From: Paraspadella gotoi | Lineage: Eukaryota; Animalia; Chaetognatha | Direction of reading: 5' to 3' | Length of the DNA: 64,000 nt | Assembly (NCBI GenBank): GCA_051294375.1 | Contig: CM119264.1 | Coordinates: 11,135,832-11,199,831 of the forward strand | Program-made: the position numbers and the translations under genes | Notes under the pieces: model-generated | What the model was told of the DNA's origin: nothing | The model's input: the letters and a program-made list of their open reading frames with translations, nothing else | The model's database searches: none | Part shown: positions 22,994-36,026 of the stretch, piece after piece | How the letters are laid out: each line of letters opens with the position of its first letter | How positions within the stretch are numbered: the stretch's first letter is position 1

Positions 22994-24914
22994 GGCGATT
23001 TCTAAAAATTAAAATAGAGATTTGGCCTATGATTTTGGCATAATTCTGAGCGTAAAAGAAAAAATAACAATGCTCACTTCAGGGCTTAATTTTTTAGTTA
23101 TTTTTTTTCCCCCAAATTGTTTTTTATAGTTTGGTAAACGAGCAGATAATTTAAATAAAAGTATTTTTGTACTTTTTAAATAAACAAATGTAAGACTAAA
23201 TGTTTTTTTGGATGTTTGCGAATAAGGGAAGTGAAAGGAAAAAATGAGTCGCGTAGAAACTACGTGACGGAAGCGCGTGAATGCCGCGAATGGTTATTGG
23301 AGAGGAGGAGAAAGAATAGGGATTGACGAGACGCAACGAAGGTGACAAAAAAAATAAGGATTTTCAATGGCACATCGATAAGATATTCTCGAAAAACTCT
23401 TTCAATGGAATTACCTTTTTTTAAGACGCTTTTATGTTTGACTGTTTAAATTTGATTGTACTCAACCGAGCGTGGGAAACAAAATGTGCATCATGGAGAT
23501 CTTCATGTCGTATGAAGCTTGTATGTCAAAAAATGAATGTAAAAGGTGCGTCTTTTGTCAATCTACTAAAAAGATGATAACGGTTAAAAGCTCACTCTTT
23601 TCACCCACAAAGTCTTTGTCGAGGCGAGGTTAATCTTGGTCGCTGAAGAATCTTGGTGACCACTTGGTCACGATGTTCTAAAAATACATGCGCAATGACT
23701 CATGAACGCGGTAAAAAGGGCGGTGGAAGGAGACTAATGGCATTTCAAGGGGAAAGAAATTTGCTTCCCTTCCAATGATATCTACTGTTTGCAATAGAGT
23801 TTTTCTCTCTCTTTCTTTCTTTCTCTCTTTCTTTCTTTTTTTTATTCTTTCTCTCTTTCTTTCTTTATTTTTTTCTTCTTCTTCCTTTATTTCTTTTTGA
23901 TACTTTTTTCCTGTAAATTGTGTTAATATTGTTTTTTGTTTTTTTTTTTCATGACGATGACAACCTACGATGGTTTGGCATGTTCGGGTCACACAAGCGA
24001 GGTCTTGCCAGTGAAGACTTCGCTGAAGTGAAAACTAAAAGAAAAACTGATGAAAAGAAAAAAAAACAATTAAACGAAGATTGCAAAGTTAATCTTTCGC
24101 AATTGCTTTGCTCACGATATAAATAAAATTAATATGTTATTAATACGAATATTAGTAATTATTATTTTTATAAATCTGATTATTTAATAATTAAATGATA
24201 TGTTTCGAAATATTTTTTCGGCATATAAAGACGATTATAATAATAATATTAACAAAATATATAACGAAAAATTGTCAGCAATTGAAGATTTTACTTATTG
24301 TATTTAGCTTCTATTCTAATTACGAATGAACGCGATTGCTTGGCTTCAGCTCAGCCACTGGGAGGACGTCAAGAACAACCTCCATTGATTTCCTCGTTTT
24401 AAATCTGAAGAGTTAATGTCAGGGACGTCGTCGTCGTCGACGACGACGACGACAATATGAACGAAAACGACGATGTTGACAAAAAGGGGAAGAAGGGAAA
24501 AGAAACGTGACGGAGATGATGATGGAGAGGGAGCAAAGTTGTAAAATTTAAAAAAAATGGCTAAGGCAGTTCGGTTGGGGGGGGGAAAAAAAGTAAAGAA
24601 ACCCTTTTGCTCCTTATTAGCACCATGGGGTGAAGATTAAAGATTATCTTCATTTCACTTTACTCAAGCTTTCCTACTATCAGAGCTGACCTATCGTGTC
24701 AGCTTGAAAAAAAAATGACCAAAAGTTTTGGGAAAACGAATGTATTCGTGTATACACAGAGAACCGCTTCTTAGTCGCGATCGATAATATTTCCCCCCCC
24801 CTTTTTTTTCTTTTTTTCTTTTTATTTTCTGTTCTGCGAAAGAGAAATCGCGGCGAGTTTCCAATTTTTCTCCTCAAAACATTTTTTGGATACAATTTCC
24901 ATTCTTGTTTTGCT

Positions 24915-26056
24915 ATGTCTGCGGTTACATCTTCATTCACGCCACGCCCTCTGGTCGTCTGCGGTCCTTCCGGCTCTGGAAAATCGACGCTTCTCAAACG
25001 AATCATGAGTCTCGATGAATTCAAAGGGAAACTCGCGTTTTGCGTTTCCCATACGTCTCGGTAACGCTTAGGGGGCGGTGGTGTAGGGGCCTAGGGGGGA
25101 GATGGTAAACCTAATATTGAGAAAAATAAGCGCAAGGTCAGGAAAATTATTCTATTCGTTCAAAGAAACAAACCACGTCCTTTCAGTTGTTTAAATTAAT
25201 ATTGCGCGAAATAAGGCAAAAAATAAATTCATAGGATGAATTTATACTTAGGGAAATATGTGACCTCAACTGGCGAAAAATAAGGCAAATTTTTGCAAAT
25301 AAATCGCTAATCATTAGTAATATGAATCAATTGATAGTTTATCCATGTCATTGGTTCAATGACTCCCCGTCTGAAATTTTTGAATTGTATAAAAAGCAGC
25401 AAAATGATTAATAATGGATAAACGAACTAGATTAAGAAATAACCCAAAATATTTTTCTCATTAGACAGTCTTTTCGGTTTTTTATTCTAATAAATATTCG
25501 GAGTGTCTGTTAAGAATTCATGAATATAGAAATAATGTAAACATTGTTAGAATCATGCCAGCCTCTCGGATCAAATATTTTTCTGATAAAAAAAAAAAGT
25601 CGAAAACTATGTTTATAAACAAAGCGGTGCGTACATAAAAAATTGAGGCCGTTTCGACTTCGTCGTCGTCTTCGTCGTCGTCTTCGTCGTTGTAGAGTCA
25701 CCAGAAGCTTTTCAATTTCCCCCAATCATAAATAATACGATTACGACCACGAACTATTCTCATTTCCTCTCTTCTGCACTCTTCCCCGTTTTTTCTCACT
25801 TCGAATCCGGCACTCCCGCAGGCAACCTCGGCCGGGAGAGACCGACGGAGTCGACTATCACTTCGTCCCCTTCGCCGAGATGCGCCGGAAAATCGAGGCC
25901 GGCGAATTCGTGGAATCCGCCCAGTTTTCTGGAAATCTTTACGGCACCTCGAAGCGCGCCGTGGAGGAGTGTCGCGGTCAGGGAAAGATATGCGTCTTGG
26001 ACATCGACTCTCAGGCGAGTCGAGTCAGCGTGACTTTTTTTTGATCACGAAACGAC

Positions 26057-26154
<98 letters not shown>

Positions 26155-27475
26155 ATTAATATTATTTTTATATATAATAATTATTATTATTATTAACAAT
26201 TATTAACAATTATTTTCAGGGAGTACTCAGCGTGAAAAAAACGAATCTGGATCCAGTTTACGTATTCATTCAACCGCCGAGTTTGACAGAACTTGTGAGT
26301 TGATGAAAATTCTGGAGATAAGCGTAAAGCAGATACATAAATGAGGCTGAAATATTCTATTCATTTTTATCAATTTTGTTTTTTTTTTTCGCTATGATTC
26401 CTTGAAATTCAGATGAAACATGTCGATTGTCCAGATAATAATCGGTTGAGCATTCGCTCCGCCGACTAAGGGTTTTTTTTTAAAATCTCGCAAACAAGCG
26501 GATGGAACGAGCGTGAATAAAAAAAAAGTGATTATAAACACATGATTAACGTTTTCTCTCAAACGACAGAAAAGTCGGCTGGAGAATCGAAATACTGAAA
26601 CAGCAGAATCACTGGCTCAGAGGATGCGACTCGCCGAGAGGGAAATGGAATTCGGTAGTATTTGTTTGTGAGAGTTGTCGTGTCGTGTGGCGAGGGGGTA
26701 AATATTTTGGCGAAAGAATTAGCCGGATTGCTAGAATGGAATGGAATGGAAATATGGAAATATATAAAAAAAGATGGAAAAAGAGATTTTTTTCAAAAAA
26801 ATGTTTAGAAAGTTAGAAAAACAGATTGAAGAAAAAAAAAAGATTTTTAAAACGAAAGACGATTTTAAAGGCAACTTTTCTCCGCTCATTGTAGACTCTG
26901 TAGACAATGTAGAGTGAGCCAAAGAGAAACTAAATAAGTAAATAACATACCGCAAAATAGTAAGTAGGAAATAGTTTAGCAGTCTCTTAAATTTGAGGTT
27001 TTTTCTGTCTTAACAAATTAGCAACCAACTCTAGGCAAATTATATGTATTTTTAATATAAGTGGGACAAACCGACGGACAGACATACCGACGGACCGACC
27101 GACAGACCGACCGAAAAGTGACTTATAGAGTTGCTCCGCCAGTACTCGCGGCGCAACTAAAAACCTTGTTTAGTCTCGAAAGGTTTTCCTTTACGCGTTT
27201 TAGAGATAATCGTTTTCTGAAAAGCCATACAGAGCGTTCGTGAGAATGGCCGAGGTTTATTCTCTCATTGGACGAAACAATGACGAAGAAGCCCCTTAAT
27301 TATTTGTCTTTTTCGATTAATTTTGAGCGCCGATTAAACCTGTTAACTTGTTTATTGTTTTAATTTAGGCGAACGCAAAGACAATTTTCACTTTCGTATC
27401 GTGAACGATAATTTGGAAACATCGATAAAGGAATTGGAAAAAATCGTGAGAAATATCATCGAATCAGCTTCTTAG
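24915..27475 (+). CDS. GUK1: Guanylate kinase (5 exons)
   Basis: RPLVVCGPSGSGKSTL P-loop, VSHTSRQPRPGETDGVDYHF, EFVESAQFSGNLYGTS, ICVLDIDSQGV, VFIQPPSLTEL, RLENRNTETAESLAQR and IVNDNLE. Exons at about 24915-25060, 25822-26014, 26220-26294, 26570-26654 and 27369-27475. Confidence 0.95.
26990..27163 (-). mobile_element. HINE-like family B terminal portion in a GUK1 intron
   Basis: GACAGACCGACC microsatellite followed by the hairpin AGTTGCTCCGC-CAGTACTC-GCGGCGCAACT and AAAAA. Confidence 0.65.
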
Positions 27476-28454
27476 AATAGTTTTGTTTCCATTAAATTTT
27501 GAATTTTTAATTTTAAATTTTGAAGAAAAGTCTATTTTTATTTTAAGTATTTAACTATTTGGACTTTTCCCCAAGAGGTGTAAAACTACGTATTTATATA
27601 TTTTTCACTTCAAGAATTATTTTTTTATGATAATTTTTATGATAATATAATGGTTTTATGTGCGTCTGTTTCCCATATAGGTAAATATCGTAAATATAGT
27701 AGAGACAGGAGAGTTGTCATCTTTGAGGGATTTTCCGCTTAAAGTTAGTAGTGAGGTCACCCTAAGAGATATCCTAAAAACGGAGCCAAATATTCCGCAT
27801 CAGACGGACTTAGTTTTTTCTTCCGCCATACTGCCAGTATTACTGGGCTGCTAAAAGGGCCGAGCGTTCTTTAAATTATCATAAATTAATGTCGGAAAAA
27901 ACCCATATCGGCGAGATTAAAAAAATCAGATCAAATAATCTGCGGATGGTAGATTACGAAATCTCTACATGTGTGCAAAAAAAGTTTAATAGTTATGGTA
28001 AAAGCATTTCAGTTCGCTATTTGAATGAAACCAACACTTTTTATGACTGCGTTAACTTAATACTTTGTTGGACCACTGTTTGCCCTTCAGCACCACTTTC
28101 ATGCGACAAGGGAGAAAGTCGTAGAGGCTGCGTAAATATGAAGAGTTCATATTACAACTTCACTATGATTCATTCAAAAACTTTTAAACTTGAGTTATAG
28201 CACCTGTGGGAAGACTGTTTTTAAGCGCCATACAATAAGCTATTAAAACGATAATGTTTGGTATATTAATAGCAGACTACATGATAAGTCTCAATAATTT
28301 AACAAGTAGCAGTGATAAAATATATTTTATTATTATAATAATATTTTGTCTCAAAATTTTAATTTTGATATAAGCAGTTTTTTCTGTAGAGCTAAGATTT
28401 TTTTTCATTATCATTGTATTATAATGTTGCTTGGGGACATGGAAATGTTGTTTG

Positions 28455-28689
28455 TATGGTGGACTAAAATCCACTAACCGTTCATCAGCGGCCATTGGTC
28501 CCAGAGACAAGTCATTCACCTCCCAACCCAAAGGTCCGGGGTTCCAGCCCGGTGGTCGCGTAGCAGTTAAGAGGGACGGGGCTCTTAACCCTCCTGTAAC
28601 ACGGTGTTACAGCCTGATCCGAAGCTCAGGGACTGCTTATATTGAACGGTTCTGTCACTAACACATAACAATAGTTATTGTCTCTTCAT
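28455..28689 (+). mobile_element. Family A copy 3 (most complete): tRNA-Gly-like 72-nt head plus multi-hairpin body
   Basis: Acceptor-like stem GCGGCCA (28488-28494) with TGGTCGC (28553-28559), T-arm CCGGG..CCCGG and anticodon-loop-like CTCCCAA. The anticodon stem is broken, so this is not a functional tRNA. Confidence 0.8.
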
Positions 28690-28889
28690 TTGATAAGTAT
28701 AGTCGTTCATATTGTCCTCTTACCCATTCTGTTAAAACTTTTGACATCATATTTTTAAAAATTTATAGTTTTTAACAAAATAATGCCTTTAAATCGCACA
28801 TGAGTAAATAATTTTTATCGAAGATAGATGATTCCTTGCTTCCGAAAGAATAAAATTAAATTTCTTATTAAAAAAAAATCTTATAACCA

Positions 28890-29113
28890 TAACAAGAAAA
28901 AAAAAAACAAGGAACGGCTATTCCAAGGTGTTGCGCCTCATTACTTTTTGATTTTTAACAAATGAGCAACAAAATATAGGCTAGTTAAAAGCGTTTTTAA
29001 CATAAATGGGACAGACCGATGGACAGACATACCGAAGGACCGACCGACGGGCCGACCGACCGAAAAGTGACCGACCGAAGAGTTGCTCCGCGAGTACTCG
29101 CGGCGCAACTAAT
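28890..29113 (-). mobile_element. Short HINE-like family B element
   Basis: GTTGCGCC (~28930) and GCGGCGCAAC (~29100) subterminal repeats, a GACCGAC microsatellite and the hairpin CGCGAGTACTCGCG. Confidence 0.65.
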
Positions 29114-29826
29114 AACCCTCCATACTTTCGTTCCTTCACAAATCTTTATTTCATTTTCAAAGCGACGTCGATGACACTTTTGCTGGGTTCTTCTTCGGAT
29201 GTGAAGACATTAATCTTTAAAGTACTTGAAAAAAGATTGGATTTCGAGATGGGATTATTTTTTTTTCTGGGTTCCGTCGAAGTTTTTTATTCACGAACTC
29301 GAACCGGTTGTAACCAGTTAAACCAAGTGTCTCGAGAGAGAGAGATGGGCGAAGAGAAAAATAGATGGATAGAATAATCGAGGGACCGATCAAGACTCGC
29401 CGAATCTAGAAAACATATGTACTAACTGCTAAGTAATTTCAAGGAATCATTCAATTTCGAAAAAGATCCCGTGAGACAAATTCACTGGCACAAAACAAAT
29501 CATTGCCATGGTTTACTGTAGTGAGAAAAACATAATCTGTTTTTTTAATAAAGGTTTTTTTTCTGTACAAATTTCATTTAAGTTGATTCACATTAATAAC
29601 TTAAAATCAATTTTTTTGCAACAATTTCAAAATCGTTAAATTGATTGCTCATCGCATAGAGATCAAGAGAAATGAATCAGTTTTAATTCAGTATCAAAGA
29701 TTACTGTAAAAATATATTGGACTGATTTATGTGTTATATGGTATAGTCAAATTCTCTTATTATAAATTTTTACTTCGTGTCAGCGGATTTGGCACACAGA
29801 GTAAGTGAAAATAACTATCACTTTCC

Positions 29827-29920
<94 letters not shown>

Positions 29921-29925
29921 TAATA
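29827..29925. repeat. (AAT)n microsatellite
   Basis: About 30 consecutive TAA units. Confidence 0.95.
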
Positions 29926-30384
29926 AGTCCTTAATCTTCTCTGCCGCCACGGACCGAACGACCACCTGGACGAGACAGAAAACGAAGTGATGAAGATTTT
30001 AAGTTTGGAAACCGGTTTAGACAGGATCAAGTCCCATTTCAGAAGATGTTATTCGAAAACTTCAATTTGGAAATTGAAAAAAATTAAATATTTTTTTAAT
30101 AAAAAATTATTACTCGGAAAAACTACAAAAATAAATATCTGCATGAAACTGTAGGGCCCGATAATTCTGACAAAAGAGCAATAAGTACGTATAAGAAAAT
30201 TTTTAAATTATTTTCAAAGGAAGAATAAATGAAATAAATAAATGAAGGAACGAGGTTGTTCGCATCACCTGACGAAATTATATTCATTTCGACGCAACAT
30301 TTTTAGCGCATAACTTTTGAAATTAATCAACAATCTTTTGGTTTATTATTTATAATTTATTTGATTTTATGATTCGATATCAAC

Positions 30385-33300
30385 ATGCTGTTTCAACAAT
30401 TTTCTCACATTTTCAAGCATGGGACTCGATATTTTTATTCGTGGAGAATTGTGTCCTCTGGTAACCTTAAATGTTTACCAAACGACAACAAAACTACCAA
30501 GTACATTCATTCCGGTAAGCCTCCTGAGTCTGAGACATAAACAGAAGGATGAATAATGTCTTTTGAGTAAATACAGAAGGCTTCATATTGTAAAATGTGG
30601 TACCCCTTTTTTGTGACCAGAACACGTTCCGAGAAAAAAACTATTGAAGAGATTTAATGAAATTTTGCATGCGGAGTACCAGAAGTGATACAAATGGAAC
30701 TATCATGGCGAACTTTTACATTCCACCCATAAGCTGAGATAAGGGGGCCTGAGTGCCACAAATGGTCAAAAATTGTTTTCAAATTTTTTAATTATTTTTG
30801 TTTTAAACAGTTGCACAGACTTTACTCTTCCACAAAAACGTATTTATTACCTCAAAAATATTCATTTACCTTAATTTTTAGCTTCGTGAACATCAGCAGT
30901 TAAAGTCAGATTTGGAATAATTTGGGAAAATTGGAAGTAAAACGATGAACCATGCATCTTCAACCATGCTTAATTATTGCAAGTTTATTAATTTTAGTTC
31001 TAAAATGTTTTTTTCTTTATGTTTAAAACGTCAATGCACCTGATGCTACTAAAAAAATAAAAATAAAAATTTTAGCATTTTTTGGCACCCCAGGGGTCCA
31101 CCCCCAGGGCCCTGTACTACATTTTATAATATGAAGCCTTCTGTATACGTATCAATACAATAATATCATTTAAATAATGACATACAAAATATTTAAAAAG
31201 GACAATAAATAACTCTATTTGATATTTCAGAAAATAGAATCGGAGTTAAAAGACTGCTATGCCTAAATTCCAAAATGTGAATTTTAAATTCTAAAAAGTT
31301 AAAGTTATAATGCATTGTCGGTCGCAAGATGAAAGAATTCCATTAAGACCTAGCATCAAATTCACAGATTCCACGAGTTTTCACATGTAAATTTTTTAAG
31401 CAGATAACGAAACGACCAGGACCGACTTTGCCCTCACCAAAGTTTACCCACTCGCTCAGTCAAAGACGTTTGACCTGGAATTGGTCAACTTAAATCGAGT
31501 TTATGAACAAAAGTCGACGTCCGAATTGGTGCGCGCTCTCTTCGTCCTGCGAGTTTGCGCGGTAGATTGGATTGCCGATAACAGGTAACTTTAACTGGAG
31601 TTTGAAATCTTGGGATGTCCTCATATCCGTCATTAGTAAATTCATTAAATTTGTTTCTGGGCGTAATACGTATTTCTGTCGCAGGTCATACTTATTTAAA
31701 TCTCTTTTGTTACGCACTTACGGTTCATCTTTTGTTACAGTTTTGCCCTGATGTCTCTTTCTCGGCGCATTTTACCTAATTTTGCCTTTCGCGCCGTCTT
31801 TGGTCCGACTCTTTATCGTCAGTTCGTCGCCGGAGACAGCTTGTCGGAAATCCAAGCGACTACCAACAGATTAGAGGGAGCAGGGATACAGCCTATGGTG
31901 GCAGTGTCTATTGAAGTAAGTAGATGAAAGAAAAACATTAAACCACGAAAGCCTGTCCAAAGTCAGGGGCAAGATAGCTTATTTATTAAATGAATGGATA
32001 ATTTTTATATTGGTTGTACCAATTTCATTAAAACAATTAAAAAAAAAAAATTCGTTGATAGGACGACTACAAGTGCTCACTATCCCCCGCCGGATACCAG
32101 AATCTGTAAGAAAACAAATAATGACTTGACTTAGTTCAATGTTCCTTGAGCGTTCAACTTTTTGTATCGAAATTTTACTGGACAGTTATGAAAAGAATTT
32201 GTCAAAAATATTGGAATGCGTCGCGATAACTTCTGGAGTCTCGACGGAGGGAAAGGGAACGATGCAAGTCAAAGTAACCGCACTAGTTCCCAACTATTTA
32301 CTTCATACAATTACCGACATACTGCGTTCGGAAGATGTAGATCAGTGGCTGGCTCGGCTTTCTGGTACGTAAGAGTGTCAGTTAGTTAGAAATTACAATC
32401 AAATAATAAAAATACAATTATTATATTTTTATGCATTTGTATTCCGCGTTTATTCTTCGTATCGCCTTTTGTCATTGTGAGGGAATACTCTATATTTTTA
32501 AACTTTGCTAGAAGAATCTTCCGAGAACTTTTCTCTACTCTTTCCCGAAATCTCCCGCGAGGAAACGACGCAATTAGTCGACGGGTTGAATCGCCTGGAC
32601 GTCGTCGCCGCAGCAGCCGCGTCGGCGTGCGTCAGAGTTCTCATCGATGCGGAATACGTTGACCAAAATATCGCAATTGCTTTTCTCTCTTTATTCTTCA
32701 TGAAGAAGTACAACAGGTATGGAGCGCATTCTAAAGTAACAGGGAATTGAAAAGTTCTCTATTTTTCTCCATCCTACAATTCAATCGCAGAAATCACGCT
32801 ATAATTTGGAACACATACCAGTGCTACCTGAAGGAATCGAAAGAAAGATTGAGGCGGGATCTTTTCATCGCCGACCGGTTGCACTTTTGTCACGGAGCCA
32901 AAATTGTGAGAGGGGCATACATGGAAAAGGAACGATATTTAGCGAAAAAACGGGGAAATCCATCTCCGGTTTGGGAGACGAAGGAACAAACGGACCGGTG
33001 CTATGATGAGGTGAACGACAGCTTCTTAATGTTTTCAGGATTTCAGGTTTTCAGGTGTTTTCCTCGGGTTTTCAGGTTTTATTGTACTGTTAGCTTATAG
33101 ATTACACTCATAACGCAAATAATAGCTCGTTTTTCTCGACCGAATTATCCGGTTATAAAGACCTGTAGTCAACAGGGTTCGTGTCGTTCCTTTATTTCTG
33201 AACCTTATTAATTTAGATTTTCATAGAAAATAGTCAAAATTAAGAAATTTTCTTTGAATTTCAGACTATATCTTTTCTGTGTTCTCGCGCCCATTCCCGT

Positions 33301-34084
33301 CTCTTCCGCGCGCCTCTTGGCTTTTCAAGTTATGGCGATTCGTTCGTGGTCGCCACCCACAATGAAAAAAGCGTTCGTTATGCTGTTACTGAAGCGCGAC
33401 ACCTTGGTCTCCCGGTGACGTGGAACCCGGCAGGAGCGGGTACGTTGGAAACTATCCATTGGATAGTAGAGTGATGTTAAAATGATAACATTTTAAAAAT
33501 TTAAAATTTAGTATATAAAACATAAAAATAAAAACCAATAAAAATCTTTTCCCAGAATTAAAAAGAAACCATTTTGAAATTTTAACATTTTATAAGGGTA
33601 GTACTATTTACAAAATAAGCTGACTGGGCTATTATATTTAAAAAAAAAGAAAAATAATTACAGATTACTATTCACTAATATGATAGTTTTCACGATATAA
33701 CTGCTAAATTTTGGTTCCAAACTTTCGCTTCACCATATTGGATAGTGAAGACATCGCTTTCAACTCATCACTCAACTTTGTACGTCTACGTAGGTTGTAC
33801 TTCGCTCAATTGTACGGAATGTGCGACTACTTAAGCTTTGCTCTGGCTCAAGGTGGTTATCCAGTTTTTAAATCGCTTCCTTATGGAAACATGGAAGAGG
33901 TTTTGCCTTATCTCTCACGGTGAGACCTAAATTTTAGAAAAAAACTTTTTACTTTTGTGATGATAAATAATGTTTTCTAAACAGACGAAGCCAAGAAAAC
34001 AAATTCGTGATTCGAGAAACCAGAAAGGAAAATATTTTACTGATACGCGAACTAAAAATGCGTTTCAAGCAAATGCTTGATTGA
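30385..34084 (+). CDS. PRODH2: Mitochondrial hydroxyproline/proline dehydrogenase (PRODH2-like), ~10 exons
   Basis: [94 protein letters not shown] and [26 protein letters not shown] and AV-x-x-E favour PRODH2 over PRODH1 (DAEQ). The start codon is inferred. Confidence 0.88.
30574..31143. mobile_element. Tc1/mariner-type MITE (570 bp) in PRODH2 intron 1
   Basis: ~30-bp TIR CAGAAGGCTTCATATT.TAAAATGT.GTAC, with TA on both sides. Confidence 0.85.
31938..32029 (+). repeat. Dispersed repeat family C
   Basis: Near-identical to 17173-17269 and 19538-19634. It makes up most of a PRODH2 intron. Confidence 0.85.
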
Positions 34085-35589
34085 TTGATTGATTGATTGA
34101 TTCGAGTGTATTTTTTTTGGTGTAATTTGTCGATGCGGCGATATCAACCGAAATCGATACTTGTCGAATACGAAAAATATATTGTGATGTGCACTGTATT
34201 TTAAATAATCTTTACCCAATACTGGAAATAAAACGTAAACAACTTATAAAATTTTGAATTTCAAAATATAAAAAGTAAAAAAAGTTCTAAAGGGACTCTT
34301 CCCTCCTTCCAACGAAAGGCAGATACTCGCATAATGTTTTGTCTATAAAAAAATCTTAAAATGAAGAATCCCCTCCAGGACCCAAGGGGGGGGGGGGAGA
34401 CGGAAGAAGACGTAGAGCCTCAAAAGGACTGAAGACCCCAATGGCGCCGCAAAATTTTATTTTAAATGCTTATTCTTGAAAGTCACGTTATGCCAATCAA
34501 ATAATTAATCAAAAAAGCAATATTAAACAAATAAACAAATCCACGAAGAATCCACGAAGCGTCGATTAAGCGTCCACAAACGTTTATTATTTTGGAGAAG
34601 TTCCGTTTCAGAGCAGAATTATAAATAATCGCGAGAGACAGATTATGAGACAAAAGTCGATATCTCTCTTGAATTTAATTAATTTAGTTTATTAAAAAAA
34701 TTAATGTATAAATGTATGAGAGACAAAGAGATTATAAAAAAGAAGTAAAAGATGGTGAAAAAGAGAAAAAAAAAATTAAAAAACATATTTGACTGTTCAT
34801 AATTGATTGATTTCTAAAATTTTTACAATAATTCTTTTCAAATCTACTAACGCTAATCAAGGCTTTCTGATGATGTATTATGTTTTTCTTATAACTATAA
34901 GTAAAGTAAGATATTTTCCTGAGCTTAACCCATATCTTTTATGTTAATATTTCGCTCAAAACTTCATTTTTACAATTTAATCAAATTTTTACTGTTAAAA
35001 AAAATATATATAATAAAATATATATAAATAAAATAAATAAATATATGCATTTATTAAATGAATTGATAATTTGTATATTGATTGTACCAAAAAAAAAAAT
35101 TCTCTTGAAATTAATATTTGCAAAATATATTTTCCCTTTTGTTTTCCACAGAGCGCCACTTCCTTCCTTCTCCTAGGTTTTTATCCGTTTCCTAGAAACG
35201 TTTCTAAACACAGACGGAAGAAAATAAATCCGATTTGTCAAGACGTTTTTGGTCGTTATTCTCTCTTAAATCACAACTTGTCAGGAGTAACGAAAGTCTC
35301 GCGATGAAGCCATCGACGTTCCATTAGTGACCAGAGATGGTGTATTAAATATTTATTCCTTCTTTGCCAAAACCTGCACGTCGAGCGTTTATATATTTAC
35401 TACAAGCAGGTTGACGAAAATCTGTTTGCCCCGTTTATCGGAATAAAGACGTAGACTAACTTCAAATACTGAAAAATTAATTTAATAAATGATAACTATT
35501 GTTGTTAGTAATTAATTAATTATCTTAATTAATTAATTATCTTAAATTCGAAATTACGTTAGTTTATAGGTATAAAAATTAAATTCAAA

Positions 35590-35850
35590 ATTTAAGGTAA
35601 GGTTAGGTAAGATCAGGTTAAAAATTAGGTTAAGCATTAGGGTTGGGGATTAGTTTTTAAGTTTGAAGGTTAGGATTAACGATTAAGGATTAAGATTTAA
35701 GGTTAAGGTTAAAATAAAAAATTCAGTATATATCCATGTACTGAAGGGTTAGAGTTAAATATTAGGTTAGGGATAAAAATTAAGGTTAGGGATCAGGGTT
35801 AAATATAAGGTTTTGGGTTTAATAAGAGATTAAGGTTAAATATTGAGGTT
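35590..35850 (+). repeat. Degenerate TTAGG/TTAGGG/TAAGGT-like tract
   Basis: Repeated GGTTAG, AGGTTA and TTAGGG-like hexamers. Similar tracts at 8820-8880 and, reversed, at 11600-11770. Confidence 0.6.
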
Positions 35851-36026
35851 ATATATACAATTAAGTTTGGTGATTAAGTAACCGAAATGGGGGGGCTTTT
35901 GAAAAAAAGAGCGATTAAGCCGTACCTTGAAACCCATCCTGAAGTGAAGGACCAATCATGAGGAGCTTTTTTAAAAAACCATATAAAAAAGAAGAATTCT
36001 CGAAAAAATAGCGCATTTACATCATT

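Noticed and set aside
28488-28559. Functional tRNA-Gly gene
   Set aside because: The anticodon stem and D-arm do not pair, the T-loop is degenerate, and the sequence is embedded in a dispersed repeat.
28476-28580. Family A as an HDV-like, hammerhead (minus-strand CTGATGA) or twister ribozyme
   Set aside because: The GTCCC/GGGAC pairing is not conserved in other copies, no P3/L3 or GAAA core is present, and the twister-like words are not kept in the TRIM version.
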